IMG/VR virus record: IMGVR_UViG_3300042475_001686
Span: 53,493-117,492 of that record
Reading direction: 5' to 3' (one strand)
Origin: a virus
DNA length: 64,000 nucleotides
A program made the position numbers and the translations under genes. Of the stretch, positions 39,301-48,825 are shown one piece after another (positions within the stretch are counted from its first letter, which is position 1; each line of letters starts with the position of its first letter). The notes below the pieces were generated by a model. The model was not told the origin of the DNA and made no database searches. It saw only the letters and a list, made by a program, of their open reading frames with translations.

Positions 39301-42300
39301 AGCGCCAATCTTTTCTAGTTGTTGCTGAATGCCTTGATACTTATTTGCTATTGATTGAAGGTTGCCTGATGCTAAGGCTTTGTTTAATTCTTTTATACCG
39401 CCAGAAGCGTCGATTGCAGCGTTACGAACATTTTTTAATCTTGCAAGAATAAATGCATATGGATCTTCTTTCTTACCGCCACCATCGCTAGGACCTTTAT
39501 ACTTTCCGCCATCTTTAGTATAGATTTTTCCATCTTCGCCAACATAAGTTTTTGCTGCTTCTGATGCAACTGTTGTAGCGTCACTTGCAGCAAGTTTGCT
39601 TGATTCTGCATTATATGTTAACTCTCCAACAGCCTTTGCTGCAGTTCCAGTTAAACCTTTTGTTGCTGCCTTTGCTTTTTCTGCAGCAATTTTTCTTGCC
39701 CATTCTATTTTTGCTTCTGGGCTTGCGAATATAAGATCATATACAGTTTTATATTTTGAAATTGCTTCTTTCTTTGCAACGTCTGGAAGTGCATCCCAAT
39801 CTTTCCACTGAGACATTAATGTTTGCATGCTGCTCTTATTGATTCCAGCAATACCCATTTCTGTTATTTTTGCAATTGCCTCTTTAGTTATTGGAGTTGG
39901 TACTTGCTCTATCTTGTCTAAATCATTTGCAAGTTTCTCTAATCCTTCTATACCTTGAGCCTTTATAAAGGCCTCCATGTTAATTTCTTTACCATCCATA
40001 ACTGAAAGTTGTGCAAGTGCTTTGCCTATCTTATCAAATTGTGCTGGATCTTTACTTATAACATCTGCAGACATTTGCATAGCAAGTTCTTTATTATCAA
40101 AATCAGTAAAGAATTCCATCATCTCTACAGTTTTTTGTGGGCCATGAACTTCCATGCCCATATTTAATGTGTTGTAAAGATCTCCTTCTTTGCCTTCAAA
40201 CATCTTCAAGAATGAATTAAATTGATCTGGGTTAGCAAATCCTTGTCCCATTAATACGTTTGCAACAACTTCGAGTTCTTGAGCCTGCCCCATGCTCTTG
40301 AATCCTCTACTAGCAAAATTAGTACTACCGCTTACACCTGCAAGTTTTTGTTGTACAACCTTTGTCATTCCTGGAAAATCAGTTTTGTATCTTTCTTGTA
40401 CAGATGATTTTAATGCATCAAAGTATGCATCTTCTTCAGCATCTCCACCAAAAATTGCAGCACGTGTATTTTGAATATTTTCTCTAAATGTTTTAATCTC
40501 TGATTGAATTTGATCATTAACCTTTTTATTCATTTGAGAAACATCTGTTATCATTTGAGAATCTAATTCTGCAATCTTGGACTTTAGTTCTAATTGTTTT
40601 TCAAGATTAGTTGTTTGTGCTAATTGTTTTTCTAATAACTGTATTTGCTTTTTATATTGCCATTCTGTAGCGTCTGCCTGTGCCTGTGCTAACTGTACAT
40701 TATTAACACTTAATGCTGCAAGCCTTGCTGCAGAATCTCTTCCGCCACCAGCACTTAATGCTTGTAATTCTGACTTTGTTCTTTCGCCTGCTTGTTGAAT
40801 TATTTTCATTCTAACTGCAAGAGGATCTTTTGTTAAATCTTCCCCATTGGCGCCTATAATGCTATCAAGATTGCCTAAAATATTTACTGTATATTTTCTG
40901 CTTCCTAACTTAACTCCGATTTGTTCTGCAATGCTTGCTGCTTGCTCTGGAGTCAATACTCCATCTGAAATATATGAGGCTAACTGCAAACCAAAACTTT
41001 TAGCAGCATCCCTGGAGCCAAAGTCTTCCATATTTTTAACAAAGCCTTCAGCCATCTTTTTACCAACATCTGATTGTAAAAATGTATCTCCAAACCTTGA
41101 TCCAGCACGTCTTACATCGTTATAATCATTGAATGAACCCTTAGATCTTACTTCCTGCATTGCACGTGATGCGCCAACCTTGTTTGTTATAGCGCCAATT
41201 TCTTCCATCTTTGTTGTAGTAGCAGAAACTGAATTTACATATTCCGCCTGCTTTTTTGCTGCATTTTCAAAATGTTTGTTCAATGCAAACAAACCAGTTC
41301 CGACGGCTATTGCTGCTGTAGTTACCAAACCAATAGGACCCATGCCAGCAAACATAGGAGCCATACCAGCAACCGCAGAAGCACCCATAAGCCCCATGCC
41401 CATTCCAGTATTTCCAGACATCATAGCAGCCATACCAGCCGTTCCTAGGGCCATTGAGGCACCACCAGAGAATCTTCCTACCTTCTCTTGACGCATTGCT
41501 TTAGCATTATTCTTTTCTTGTTTAGCAAGTTCTTTTGCGCTTAATTGTCTTGTCTGTCTGTTCTTTAATTCTTCTCGCTCTATTTGACTTTTTCTTCTAG
41601 CATTAGCGTTATTGACTTCTTCTTGTACCTTTATTTTTCTATATCTTCTTAAAGCGTCGTCAATTTGTTGTTTAGTATATCTATTTTGTTGCTGTAGCAA
41701 TCTTTGCTGATCTTGCATCGCCTTTGTAATACGACCTCTTGCAGCCTTACTTAATGTTGGATCTCCAGCATCTCTTCCTGTCATAACAAAGCCACGTCCA
41801 AGACGTCTTACTTGAGTTCCTGTCGCTACTCTATTTGTTGATGTTTCTGTTGCAACTCTTCTATCAGTTGACTTTCCAGTATCTGCAACTGCTCCTGCTG
41901 GCTTTGGACTAGTATTAGCAGTGGTAAGTTTTGTTATTGCTCCTGTTTTAGTATCAACCATGTATTCTTTATTAGGATTTACTAAAACATTTGTTCCTTT
42001 TGTAGCCCCGCTTGCCAAATTAAATTGTGGTCTCCATTGATTGTAGTATCCTGTACCAAGTCTTCCATCAATTAATTCTGCTACTGCTCTAGACTGTCTT
42101 ACTTCTCCTAGTTTAGGAAATGCCTTTGGCTTAGTTGTTTGGCTCTTTAGAAAATCTTCAGAAATAATATCAAGTTGTGCTGCTGCTCTAACTAACTTAA
42201 CTTCAGATGTGTTGGTCGGATGATTTTGACCAGACATATAGGTTGCTGAGTTTCTAAATTCTTTAATTTGATCTGGAGTTAATCTTAAAGCATTATTGTT

Positions 42301-45300
42301 TTTATCATTCCAATCTAATATGTTGGTTGCTCTTTTACCAGCATTCATATAATTATTTAATAATCTTACGTCAAATAGTGCAGTTCCTTTAAGCCATTTT
42401 GCAGCACCTCTTCCTGACTCTCCTGTTTTTGCTATGTGGGATAGTTCTGGTCTTAATGCTTGAGCAATTTGTTTTTCTGTATATCCTAAAGATCTCATAG
42501 ATTCTTTTACTGATTTTAATGGATCTACTTTACCCTGTACAGCATTTGCTGCTTTAAACTGTTTTTCTTGTTCGTCTAATGTTTTATACAGTAATGAGTT
42601 TGTCGGAATAGCCTGTCTCCATCCACCACTTTGCTTTCCTGTTGGACTCATGTCGAATCTTAACTTAGAAAGATTCATCTTTTTAGGATTAGAAAATGCT
42701 CCACCCTTTTCAATTGCACCTAATCTATAAAGAACTCTCTTCTTAACCTCATCATATGTCTTTCCAGCAGTTAAAGCATTAGCGCCAGAGTCTATAGATT
42801 TCTTATCATAATAAAGTCCATCTTTGTATACTAATTCATTATCAATATACTTTAACATTTCATGCTGTGTTATATTAGATGGCGTAATACCTTTTTTATT
42901 TAATAGTTTACTAACCAACTCATATTGCTTTGGATTAGATGTTTTTAATTTTTCAATTTCTTCTAAAGCATCTTTTCCTAATCTTTTAACAATTGTATCT
43001 ATTTGACTTCTTGACTTAGGATCATTTTTTAATTCATCAAAAGTTCCTAAAGCAAATTTTTCATAACTAGATAGTTTTGCTCTTCCCTTTTGTGGATCAT
43101 TTCCTTCTTCAAAACCTGGGACCTTGTCTTGGAACATTGCAGTAATAAGGCCACGATACTTCTCTGATTTATCTGCAGGAATAATCGCTTCTCCTGGAGA
43201 AACAAATGCTGGAATTATATCTCCAGCACCCTTTGGTCCAGGAACACTTATAATACCATCTTCAAATCCTACTCTACCCTTTGGAAGTTTAGATACTGCA
43301 CCTGCTGCACCACGAACTCCTCCTGCAAATAACGCAGGATTTTGTGCAGCCATATTTCGCATTTGTGTTGTTATTTGTCCATACGCTGCTGCTAATTGCA
43401 TTGCTGCAGTACGCTCAATATTAAATACTTCTGTTAGCCTAGTATGAGTATTATGAAGTGCCTGACTTGCTGCCTGTTGCTCTAACTGCTCTTGTGTTAC
43501 ATAGTTAAAGCCAGCACCTAAAATATTTGTTTGTCCATTTAACTTAGCAACTCCACCTCTTATTGTTGCAAAAAGTTTAATAAGATTTGCTAAACCATTT
43601 GCTAACAAACCAAATGTCATCAAAAGAATTGGACCAAGACCAGCAACTACTCCAACAATTATTGCTATTACTTTTTTTGTTTGATCTCCCAAACCATTAA
43701 ATTTTTCAAATAACTTACCAAAAAATTGTACTATTGGTGTGACTGCTTCAAGAAATGCCTTTCCTAATGGCATGATGTCTTGCTTAAATTGTTCTACTGC
43801 AGCCTGAAACTTTACACCTACAGCATCTTCTACCTTCTTCATTTCTCGTTCTGATAGAACTGCTAACTCTTCAACTGATGCCCCTGCTAAATCAAATGCT
43901 CTTGCTGCCTGAGTTCCATCCTTGGATACATTTTGAAATAAGGTAGACAAACGAGCAAACTGGAATTTTCCAAATAATTGTTCGATGGCACGTGCACGGT
44001 TAAGTGGATCTAAGGTATCAAGTGCTTTTGCAAAACCAACTACTGTAGCCTTAACATCACCTTTATTTGCTTCAACAATTCCTTTGATATTAATTCCCAT
44101 TTCGCCAAGCATCTTGCTTGCTTTTTCTGTTGGGTTAATTAATGAAGCAAGACCAGACTTAAGTGCGTTAGCACCTTCTGATGCATTAATACCGCCTTCC
44201 TTCATGGCAGTCAAGAAGAATGCAAGATCTTCTACGTTACCGCCTAGTTGCTTAACAACTGGTGCTGCTTTTGGAATTGCAATAGTTAAATCTTCAATAG
44301 ATAAAACAGTTTGGTTTTCAACTGCGTTTAGAAAGTTAATTTTTTCTGCTAACTGCTCACTAGATAATCCAAATGCGTTCTGTAATGATATGGTTGTTTC
44401 AAGTGCCTGCTGTTGCTCTACTTGTCCTAGCACTGCTAACTTTGTTGCAGTTTCAACTTGTCTAGTTAAATCTTCACCCTGAAAACCTGCTGCTGCAGCC
44501 GTTGCAGCCATCTCTACTGTATCTTTTACTGCAACTCCATATTTAGTAAATTCTTCTGCAAGTTTTCTTATATTGGCTATTGCGCTTTCTACTTCAGCAT
44601 CATTAGTAAAGGCATCTCCATATACACGTCTAAACTTTAATGTAGCCTGTTCTAACTCTCTAAATGCCTTTGATGCATACCCGCCAAGCATGCCTAGTGG
44701 TATTGTTAAACCAACCATCAACTGGCGTCCAGCCCATTGAGTATTCTTACCAAAGTTTAGAAGTTGTGTAGATCCCTGCTTTAATAATTGATTTAGGAAC
44801 TGTTGTCTTTGTGCTGCATATTGGATACGTGTACCAAGTTCTGTAAATTGTCCATTTGTCATCATCAATGTACGTGGCATAATACGCATAGCATCAATAA
44901 AGCCACCCTGCGCTTTAGCCATCTGTATATACTGTGCTTGTAGTGATTTTACTCTATCTCTACGAGCACGGTTAATAATTTCACGTTCTTGTGCAAAAGC
45001 CTTGCCTAATGTTTTTGTATTGGCTGTTGCAGCAGCCATGCTATATCGATAATATTCTTTAAGGGATAGTTTATTTTTTTCTAAGGCAGTTGTAAATGCC
45101 ATAGTGCTGGACGCAACTTTTGCTTGACTGACAGCAAACTTTCCTGTTGCCCCTACGGCTTGTGCTAATTGAGCGTTTAAACCTTTTTGTGCATTTGCAG
45201 CAGCCAGGTTGCCTTCAGCAAGTGATTGATGAAACTTGCTGAGGCCTGCCTGTAGTCTGCGTAATTGTGCTAAAGCGTCGGCAGTATTAAAATTAATATT

Positions 45301-45324
45301 AATATTAGAGTTTACATCTGCCAA
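36358..45324 (-). CDS. Tape measure protein (2988 aa)
   Basis: TP901-like TMP core (AVENQT..SIEDL..AIPKAAPV..QLGG...GINASEGANALKSGLA), long Ala-rich helical and coiled-coil regions, follows the tail chaperones. Confidence 0.93.
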   Translation of the reverse strand: MADVNSNININFNTADALAQLRRLQAGLSKFHQSLAEGNLAAANAQKGLNAQLAQAVGATGKFAVSQAKVASSTMAFTTALEKNKLSLKEYYRYSMAAATANTKTLGKAFAQEREIINRARRDRVKSLQAQYIQMAKAQGGFIDAMRIMPRTLMMTNGQFTELGTRIQYAAQRQQFLNQLLKQGSTQLLNFGKNTQWAGRQLMVGLTIPLGMLGGYASKAFRELEQATLKFRRVYGDAFTNDAEVESAIANIRKLAEEFTKYGVAVKDTVEMAATAAAAGFQGEDLTRQVETATKLAVLGQVEQQQALETTISLQNAFGLSSEQLAEKINFLNAVENQTVLSIEDLTIAIPKAAPVVKQLGGNVEDLAFFLTAMKEGGINASEGANALKSGLASLINPTEKASKMLGEMGINIKGIVEANKGDVKATVVGFAKALDTLDPLNRARAIEQLFGKFQFARLSTLFQNVSKDGTQAARAFDLAGASVEELAVLSEREMKKVEDAVGVKFQAAVEQFKQDIMPLGKAFLEAVTPIVQFFGKLFEKFNGLGDQTKKVIAIIVGVVAGLGPILLMTFGLLANGLANLIKLFATIRGGVAKLNGQTNILGAGFNYVTQEQLEQQAASQALHNTHTRLTEVFNIERTAAMQLAAAYGQITTQMRNMAAQNPALFAGGVRGAAGAVSKLPKGRVGFEDGIISVPGPKGAGDIIPAFVSPGEAIIPADKSEKYRGLITAMFQDKVPGFEEGNDPQKGRAKLSSYEKFALGTFDELKNDPKSRSQIDTIVKRLGKDALEEIEKLKTSNPKQYELVSKLLNKKGITPSNITQHEMLKYIDNELVYKDGLYYDKKSIDSGANALTAGKTYDEVKKRVLYRLGAIEKGGAFSNPKKMNLSKLRFDMSPTGKQSGGWRQAIPTNSLLYKTLDEQEKQFKAANAVQGKVDPLKSVKESMRSLGYTEKQIAQALRPELSHIAKTGESGRGAAKWLKGTALFDVRLLNNYMNAGKRATNILDWNDKNNNALRLTPDQIKEFRNSATYMSGQNHPTNTSEVKLVRAAAQLDIISEDFLKSQTTKPKAFPKLGEVRQSRAVAELIDGRLGTGYYNQWRPQFNLASGATKGTNVLVNPNKEYMVDTKTGAITKLTTANTSPKPAGAVADTGKSTDRRVATETSTNRVATGTQVRRLGRGFVMTGRDAGDPTLSKAARGRITKAMQDQQRLLQQQNRYTKQQIDDALRRYRKIKVQEEVNNANARRKSQIEREELKNRQTRQLSAKELAKQEKNNAKAMRQEKVGRFSGGASMALGTAGMAAMMSGNTGMGMGLMGASAVAGMAPMFAGMGPIGLVTTAAIAVGTGLFALNKHFENAAKKQAEYVNSVSATTTKMEEIGAITNKVGASRAMQEVRSKGSFNDYNDVRRAGSRFGDTFLQSDVGKKMAEGFVKNMEDFGSRDAAKSFGLQLASYISDGVLTPEQAASIAEQIGVKLGSRKYTVNILGNLDSIIGANGEDLTKDPLAVRMKIIQQAGERTKSELQALSAGGGRDSAARLAALSVNNVQLAQAQADATEWQYKKQIQLLEKQLAQTTNLEKQLELKSKIAELDSQMITDVSQMNKKVNDQIQSEIKTFRENIQNTRAAIFGGDAEEDAYFDALKSSVQERYKTDFPGMTKVVQQKLAGVSGSTNFASRGFKSMGQAQELEVVANVLMGQGFANPDQFNSFLKMFEGKEGDLYNTLNMGMEVHGPQKTVEMMEFFTDFDNKELAMQMSADVISKDPAQFDKIGKALAQLSVMDGKEINMEAFIKAQGIEGLEKLANDLDKIEQVPTPITKEAIAKITEMGIAGINKSSMQTLMSQWKDWDALPDVAKKEAISKYKTVYDLIFASPEAKIEWARKIAAEKAKAATKGLTGTAAKAVGELTYNAESSKLAASDATTVASEAAKTYVGEDGKIYTKDGGKYKGPSDGGGKKEDPYAFILARLKNVRNAAIDASGGIKELNKALASGNLQSIANKYQGIQQQLEKIGASRQFADWLMNLDPAEQAKFMKTATTKIKRGKNKGRVVDPFDPKGKKLLPKGAKVGDVVLADNAKTMSKAFDAAIIGEFNTAAGKSLAILNEQEVTRRKLVALGYSATAIERILQDEYTTSAIANGKITEQDLKTNAALNNQVVIRERINGLISKGSQALEQAANIKQVPKVLEFFQKMSKEGITLSKGAMLDIIKDPEQLSAAIAAMQDYESGAADARDRLKEIVDGLNAIKANSKLQVAIDFATSSPAEQARTGFEAAQKVMKARKLAYSNMTLSELPGITTAIRTDKKTGKQVGGQNIGQQAMATVAERYKAAGLAIPQIGAGQTLASIQKQRAANAQTLGLAQQRASQLQGNVNAAQDALSSAEDALSAAQDRLDAAQDNLEKAIDNENKRIDNLIKAEEDKIDSIEKQIKIKYQDEVDKLNKESDKLNNDLAIMDYQAESINEKYDKQLEALQKVNEINQDIAASQQQQLGLADALSQGDIAAAARAAQEMRASEQERMANAQMSSLEQARKNELNSLRGAETGMTREQISERQFQISQAIYKLENDPARLELEKQIETIKANIAKIEEGRAAAIEKIKIAAEAELAAAKASVLEAEKGVTAAQAQVTAAKANLAEQEKIVKKYQDQEDNLFQQEQYLQSIVDAAEDIDDSAGMTLEDYENMVIKLEAIEGLAEAYALAMEGAAAAASASDTSWTSILATINAIPDSVETETIINEIRNITENITRYITTIDLGGSSSSSSSSSSSSSSTNTGNTNTNTGNTNTNNQKQPGAAWISDGKGGWTKPPKPVGDYEWDDNRGWVKGGTVNTGNTGSTTDSAAEARLREEARLKAEADAAAAKAAAEAKAAAEKAAAEREAEERAARAGAWINPYGGMAFRSSGGLIPTKYFAKGGLSLGTDIVPAMLTPGEFVMSRYAVENYGVDKMKAINNGDSVGDSVYNYSISVNVKSDANPDEIARAVMSHIKQVDSKRLRGARI

Positions 45325-45347
45325 TTCCTTCGCACCTCTTTATTTAT

Positions 45348-45674
45348 TTATTTTACTAGACCAGCAACAACTGATGCATCAGCATTTTGGAATCCAGATG
45401 CTGCATCAATTATCTGATAAACTGTAGGAAGATCTAGCAACTCCTCTAGTTGTTCTCTATCGTCTGCCAATTCTGGCTTGTATTGTTTCATTGCAATTTG
45501 AACACAGTCCATAAGGATATCCATAGACTTATCGTTATCTTCAGCAACTGCAGCCAGTTCAGCAAATTTTAGCATGAATGGTCTTAGAAGAGATAACTTT
45601 AAGGCTCTAACTGGAATCTCTGTATTATCAACTAATGTAACTGTTTTTGTATTATCTTTAGGCTTTTCGGCCAT
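45348..45674 (-). CDS. Tail assembly chaperone, short (G-like) copy
   Basis: Directly upstream of the TMP; homologous to the N-terminal half of 45725-46405; SD AAGGAGG. Confidence 0.75.
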   Translation of the reverse strand: MAEKPKDNTKTVTLVDNTEIPVRALKLSLLRPFMLKFAELAAVAEDNDKSMDILMDCVQIAMKQYKPELADDREQLEELLDLPTVYQIIDAASGFQNADASVVAGLVK

Positions 45675-45699
45675 TGTTCCTCCTTAAGGTATTGAATAA

Positions 45700-45708
45700 A
45701 TTATACCA
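45700..45708 (-). promoter_or_regulatory. Extended -10 promoter TGGTATAAT for short chaperone/TMP
   Basis: Plus strand attatacca. Confidence 0.65.
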
Positions 45709-45724
45709 CAAGAAGACTTTATTT

Positions 45725-46405
45725 TTAGGTAAGATTTTCGTACTCAAGACCCATACCAATGCCAAACCCTGCTTTTTGTGCATTCACTCCTTGTAGTGAT
45801 AGTATGTCTTTTGAGTCTGATGCCTTTCCTTTACTGAATACCCTGGCCTTCATCTCTTCCCAGGCATTATTCTTATTGCTTGCCTTATCTAAGTCTACTC
45901 CTTGCATTGCAGCCAAAAACTTTTTCTGAGAATAGTCTAGATCTCTTTTTATTTTTAGTGTTGCTATTATTTCAGGCATTGACATTGAAGATTCTAATTC
46001 TTCATAGTCTTTCCAAATACCCAGCAAAAAAACCTCTGATTCTAATTCAGCAAGATCTAACTCATCCCAGGTAGACCCACTGTCAGTTGCCTGCTGCTTA
46101 ACTGTTTCTTCTGACTTTTCATTAATCTTAATACCAGCAGCAAAATCTAATATTCTATATATAGTTGGCATATCAATATTATCTTCTAGTTCTTGTTGTG
46201 TTTTTATTTGAGGATAATACTGTCTCATGGCTATTACTGTACATTTTGCCAATGCATCTATAGCCTCGTCATCATTTTTAGCAGACTTAACATTTTCAAA
46301 CTCATCTAAAAATAGTTTTAAGAACTTTATTTTTAATGGTGTTATATATATTTCTGTTCCGTCTATTAATTCAACAACAGCACTTTTATATATTTCTGTA
46401 GGCAT
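45725..46405 (-). CDS. Tail assembly chaperone, long (GT-like) copy
   Basis: G-like N-terminal domain plus C-terminal WDELDL..LESEVFLLG.WKDYEELE.SMSMPE domain; between major tail and TMP. Confidence 0.75.
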   Translation of the reverse strand: MPTEIYKSAVVELIDGTEIYITPLKIKFLKLFLDEFENVKSAKNDDEAIDALAKCTVIAMRQYYPQIKTQQELEDNIDMPTIYRILDFAAGIKINEKSEETVKQQATDSGSTWDELDLAELESEVFLLGIWKDYEELESSMSMPEIIATLKIKRDLDYSQKKFLAAMQGVDLDKASNKNNAWEEMKARVFSKGKASDSKDILSLQGVNAQKAGFGIGMGLEYENLT

Positions 46406-46411
46406 TAAACT

Positions 46412-46420
46412 ATTATATCA
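46412..46420 (-). promoter_or_regulatory. Extended -10 promoter TGATATAAT, 6 nt upstream of ATG (leaderless)
   Basis: Plus strand attatatca; no SD possible in the 6-nt spacer. Confidence 0.7.
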
Positions 46421-46452
46421 AACAGAAAAGCCCAACCTTTTGGGCTGGGCTA
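46421..46452 (-). terminator. Rho-independent terminator after major tail gene
   Basis: Minus strand AGCCCAGCC-CAAAA-GGTTGGGCT followed by TTTCTGTTT. Confidence 0.8.
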
Positions 46453-46470
46453 ATCTTATATTAAGTTGTA

Positions 46471-47094
46471 TTATGCTGGGATTGTACGATCTACGATCTT
46501 ACCGTAAGAACCGTTGTCGTTTGGAAGCAAACGGAATGAGACTTCGAACATTGTTGCCTCATCACGCTTTGCACCAACCGTTACGCTCTCGATTGAGAGT
46601 GCACGATATGCAACGTAAACTCTTTCGATTTGATCAGATGCTGCACAGTCACCAGTTCCTGGGCCAACGGCAACCAAACCACGTTCGACTGGGCATTCGC
46701 CGATGTCGCCTGCGGAAAGATTTAATGTTGGATTACCAGATACTGTTGTAAGATTCTCATCCTTGCTTGCGAGAGCAAAAAGAAGATTCTCTAATGTTGA
46801 TTCTGCGAATGTAGTATTTAGGTTTACCTGCATGCCTTGCTTGAACAACTTAGCAACGTCAAGAACCTGGTCTACTGAAACTTCACCGAAATCTGGTTGG
46901 AACTGTAGTTCCAAACCGTTCATAGTGTAACCTACGTTACGGAACCCTTCCTCATCGGAAAGAGTTGTCTTGTAAGAGACACCTGCAGAATATCCTGGAA
47001 GGACTCCTGCTTCTGGTAGAACACCGTCTTCATATGTGAAGAGTGCTGCTGCACCAACGATGATATTATTGCTAGTACCACGTGTATATGCCAT
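46471..47094 (-). CDS. Major tail (tube) protein
   Basis: MAYTRG...NIIVGAA...VGYT.NGLEL...VDQ.LD..KLFK; high-expression codon bias; SD GAGGTG; followed by terminator. Confidence 0.85.
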   Translation of the reverse strand: MAYTRGTSNNIIVGAAALFTYEDGVLPEAGVLPGYSAGVSYKTTLSDEEGFRNVGYTMNGLELQFQPDFGEVSVDQVLDVAKLFKQGMQVNLNTTFAESTLENLLFALASKDENLTTVSGNPTLNLSAGDIGECPVERGLVAVGPGTGDCAASDQIERVYVAYRALSIESVTVGAKRDEATMFEVSFRLLPNDNGSYGKIVDRTIPA

Positions 47095-47165
47095 GTATTT
47101 CACCTCTTTATTTTTCTAGAAATTAAAAGGCGTGTTTCCTCATCGATAATTATACAGCCTTTTTA

Positions 47166-47705
47166 TTAGTTTACTGAGTCGATTATGTCTTGCATTTGAT
47201 GGTAGTCGTAGTCAATAATTATCTTATTACCCGCATAGGTTCGGGCTGTTCCGAAGTCGACTATATCCCTTGCCTCTTCTAATTGGTATATCTTAAAGTT
47301 ATGGAAATAAAACTTGCATTCCATACCCTCAAAAGTCTTGCCCTTAGTCCAAGCATTGAGTTCTTGGGCACTTTCGTCTCCACGATCCATTAGCCTCATT
47401 ACAGCCTCTTGTATTTTAACCATTCTTCTTTGTGGAGTTTCTCCACTTAAATCCCCATTAGCATAAAAATAATACAAAACCTGTTCACATTTAATGTGTG
47501 GGAAAGGTCCACGACGCATTCTAAACATTCTGTCCCAAACAACCATATTGCCGTCTGGAAACTGTTTTGTAAGAGTCTCTAATGTTGATGGACCTGTTGG
47601 GAAAAATGCCTCCATAGTATATCCAGCCAATTCACCAATTCTTTGCTCTAAATATTTATTAATCCACAATACTGGTGTATTTAATACTGATGTTGATTCT
47701 GTCAT
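47166..47705 (-). CDS. Tail terminator-like protein
   Basis: Position directly upstream of the major tail gene. Confidence 0.55.
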   Translation of the reverse strand: MTESTSVLNTPVLWINKYLEQRIGELAGYTMEAFFPTGPSTLETLTKQFPDGNMVVWDRMFRMRRGPFPHIKCEQVLYYFYANGDLSGETPQRRMVKIQEAVMRLMDRGDESAQELNAWTKGKTFEGMECKFYFHNFKIYQLEEARDIVDFGTARTYAGNKIIIDYDYHQMQDIIDSVN

Positions 47706-48376
47706 TTAATTGCCCCCGCATTTGCTACCCACTGATATCCAGCCTTTAATCCTACAGATCTTCCGCCACGTTTTCCTGCGTTTAAATTTTTTGCATAAAC
47801 CTTTGGATACTTAAAGTATTGTCCAAGACCACTTGACTCCAAAAATGATTGTCTAAAATAAACTCCAAAGAAATTAGAGATGACATTTTTAAACTGTCCC
47901 TCTGTTTGTCCTCCAGGATTTTCAACTCTAACTTCTCTTGAGGTAAATATTTCTTGTCCGTCTATTTCAAACCTTAACGCCTGTGCCTTTTTTGGCTTAA
48001 TTGTTACACCAATACCTCTTTCCATAACTTCTGCTTTATTATAAAATGGCACATTAGATCCATTCTTAATTGATGTGGACTGCTTCAGTGATGACTTAAA
48101 TGTTAAACCAATATTGCTAACTGTAAAATCAATATCAAATAATCTTGCCTCTGGGCTTCCAGTTCTATGCCATTCATATACGTGATGCAATAATTCTGGA
48201 GAAACCCTTGCATTGGCATCTATAAACTGTCCTGCTAATTCTGATATCTGTGGTCCTAGTGCTGAATACATAGCCTTCTTGCCTCTGCCAATACCCTCAA
48301 TAAATCCAGTAGAGTAATTAACTATGTTATTCATTTCTCTTTGGAATTGTTTGCTATTTATAATTAACTTTAACAT
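47702..48376 (-). CDS. Neck / tail completion protein
   Basis: Position in the head-tail module; LHHVYEW...ARLF. Confidence 0.55.
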   Translation of the reverse strand: MLKLIINSKQFQREMNNIVNYSTGFIEGIGRGKKAMYSALGPQISELAGQFIDANARVSPELLHHVYEWHRTGSPEARLFDIDFTVSNIGLTFKSSLKQSTSIKNGSNVPFYNKAEVMERGIGVTIKPKKAQALRFEIDGQEIFTSREVRVENPGGQTEGQFKNVISNFFGVYFRQSFLESSGLGQYFKYPKVYAKNLNAGKRGGRSVGLKAGYQWVANAGAIK

Positions 48377-48825
48377 TAGACGTCTACCGCCTGATTCTCA
48401 GATCTACGAATAATTAATTTGTAATATTCTACATTGCCAAATGGACCAGCAAATGGATCCTGTGTTGCTATTTCAAATATAGTTGACTTTCCTGCACGAG
48501 GCCCAGATGTTTCTTTGTATATTTCATTACAATTTTTATCACGAATATTTGTAATAATAACATTTGTAATTGAGTTACGAGCCTCTAAACTAGAAATACG
48601 AATATCAGTTTTTGTACGGCCAAGAAGTATCTTATCTTGAGTAATGTTGATATTTGGAATAACCTCTTCCTTAAAGGCAGTTCCTGCTGGAGCAAAAGAA
48701 CATGCAATCGTTCTATCTAAAATCCAAGTCTTTTTAACTTCTCCGTACACACCTTGTTCAACTATAGGATGATATACATCTGCTTGCATTGGAAATGCGA
48801 AGTCTGGAGTTTCGCATATTACCAT
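48376..48825 (-). CDS. Head-to-tail stopper-like protein
   Basis: Position; Q..YGEVKKTW...I.C pattern. Confidence 0.55.
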   Translation of the reverse strand: MVICETPDFAFPMQADVYHPIVEQGVYGEVKKTWILDRTIACSFAPAGTAFKEEVIPNINITQDKILLGRTKTDIRISSLEARNSITNVIITNIRDKNCNEIYKETSGPRAGKSTIFEIATQDPFAGPFGNVEYYKLIIRRSENQAVDV

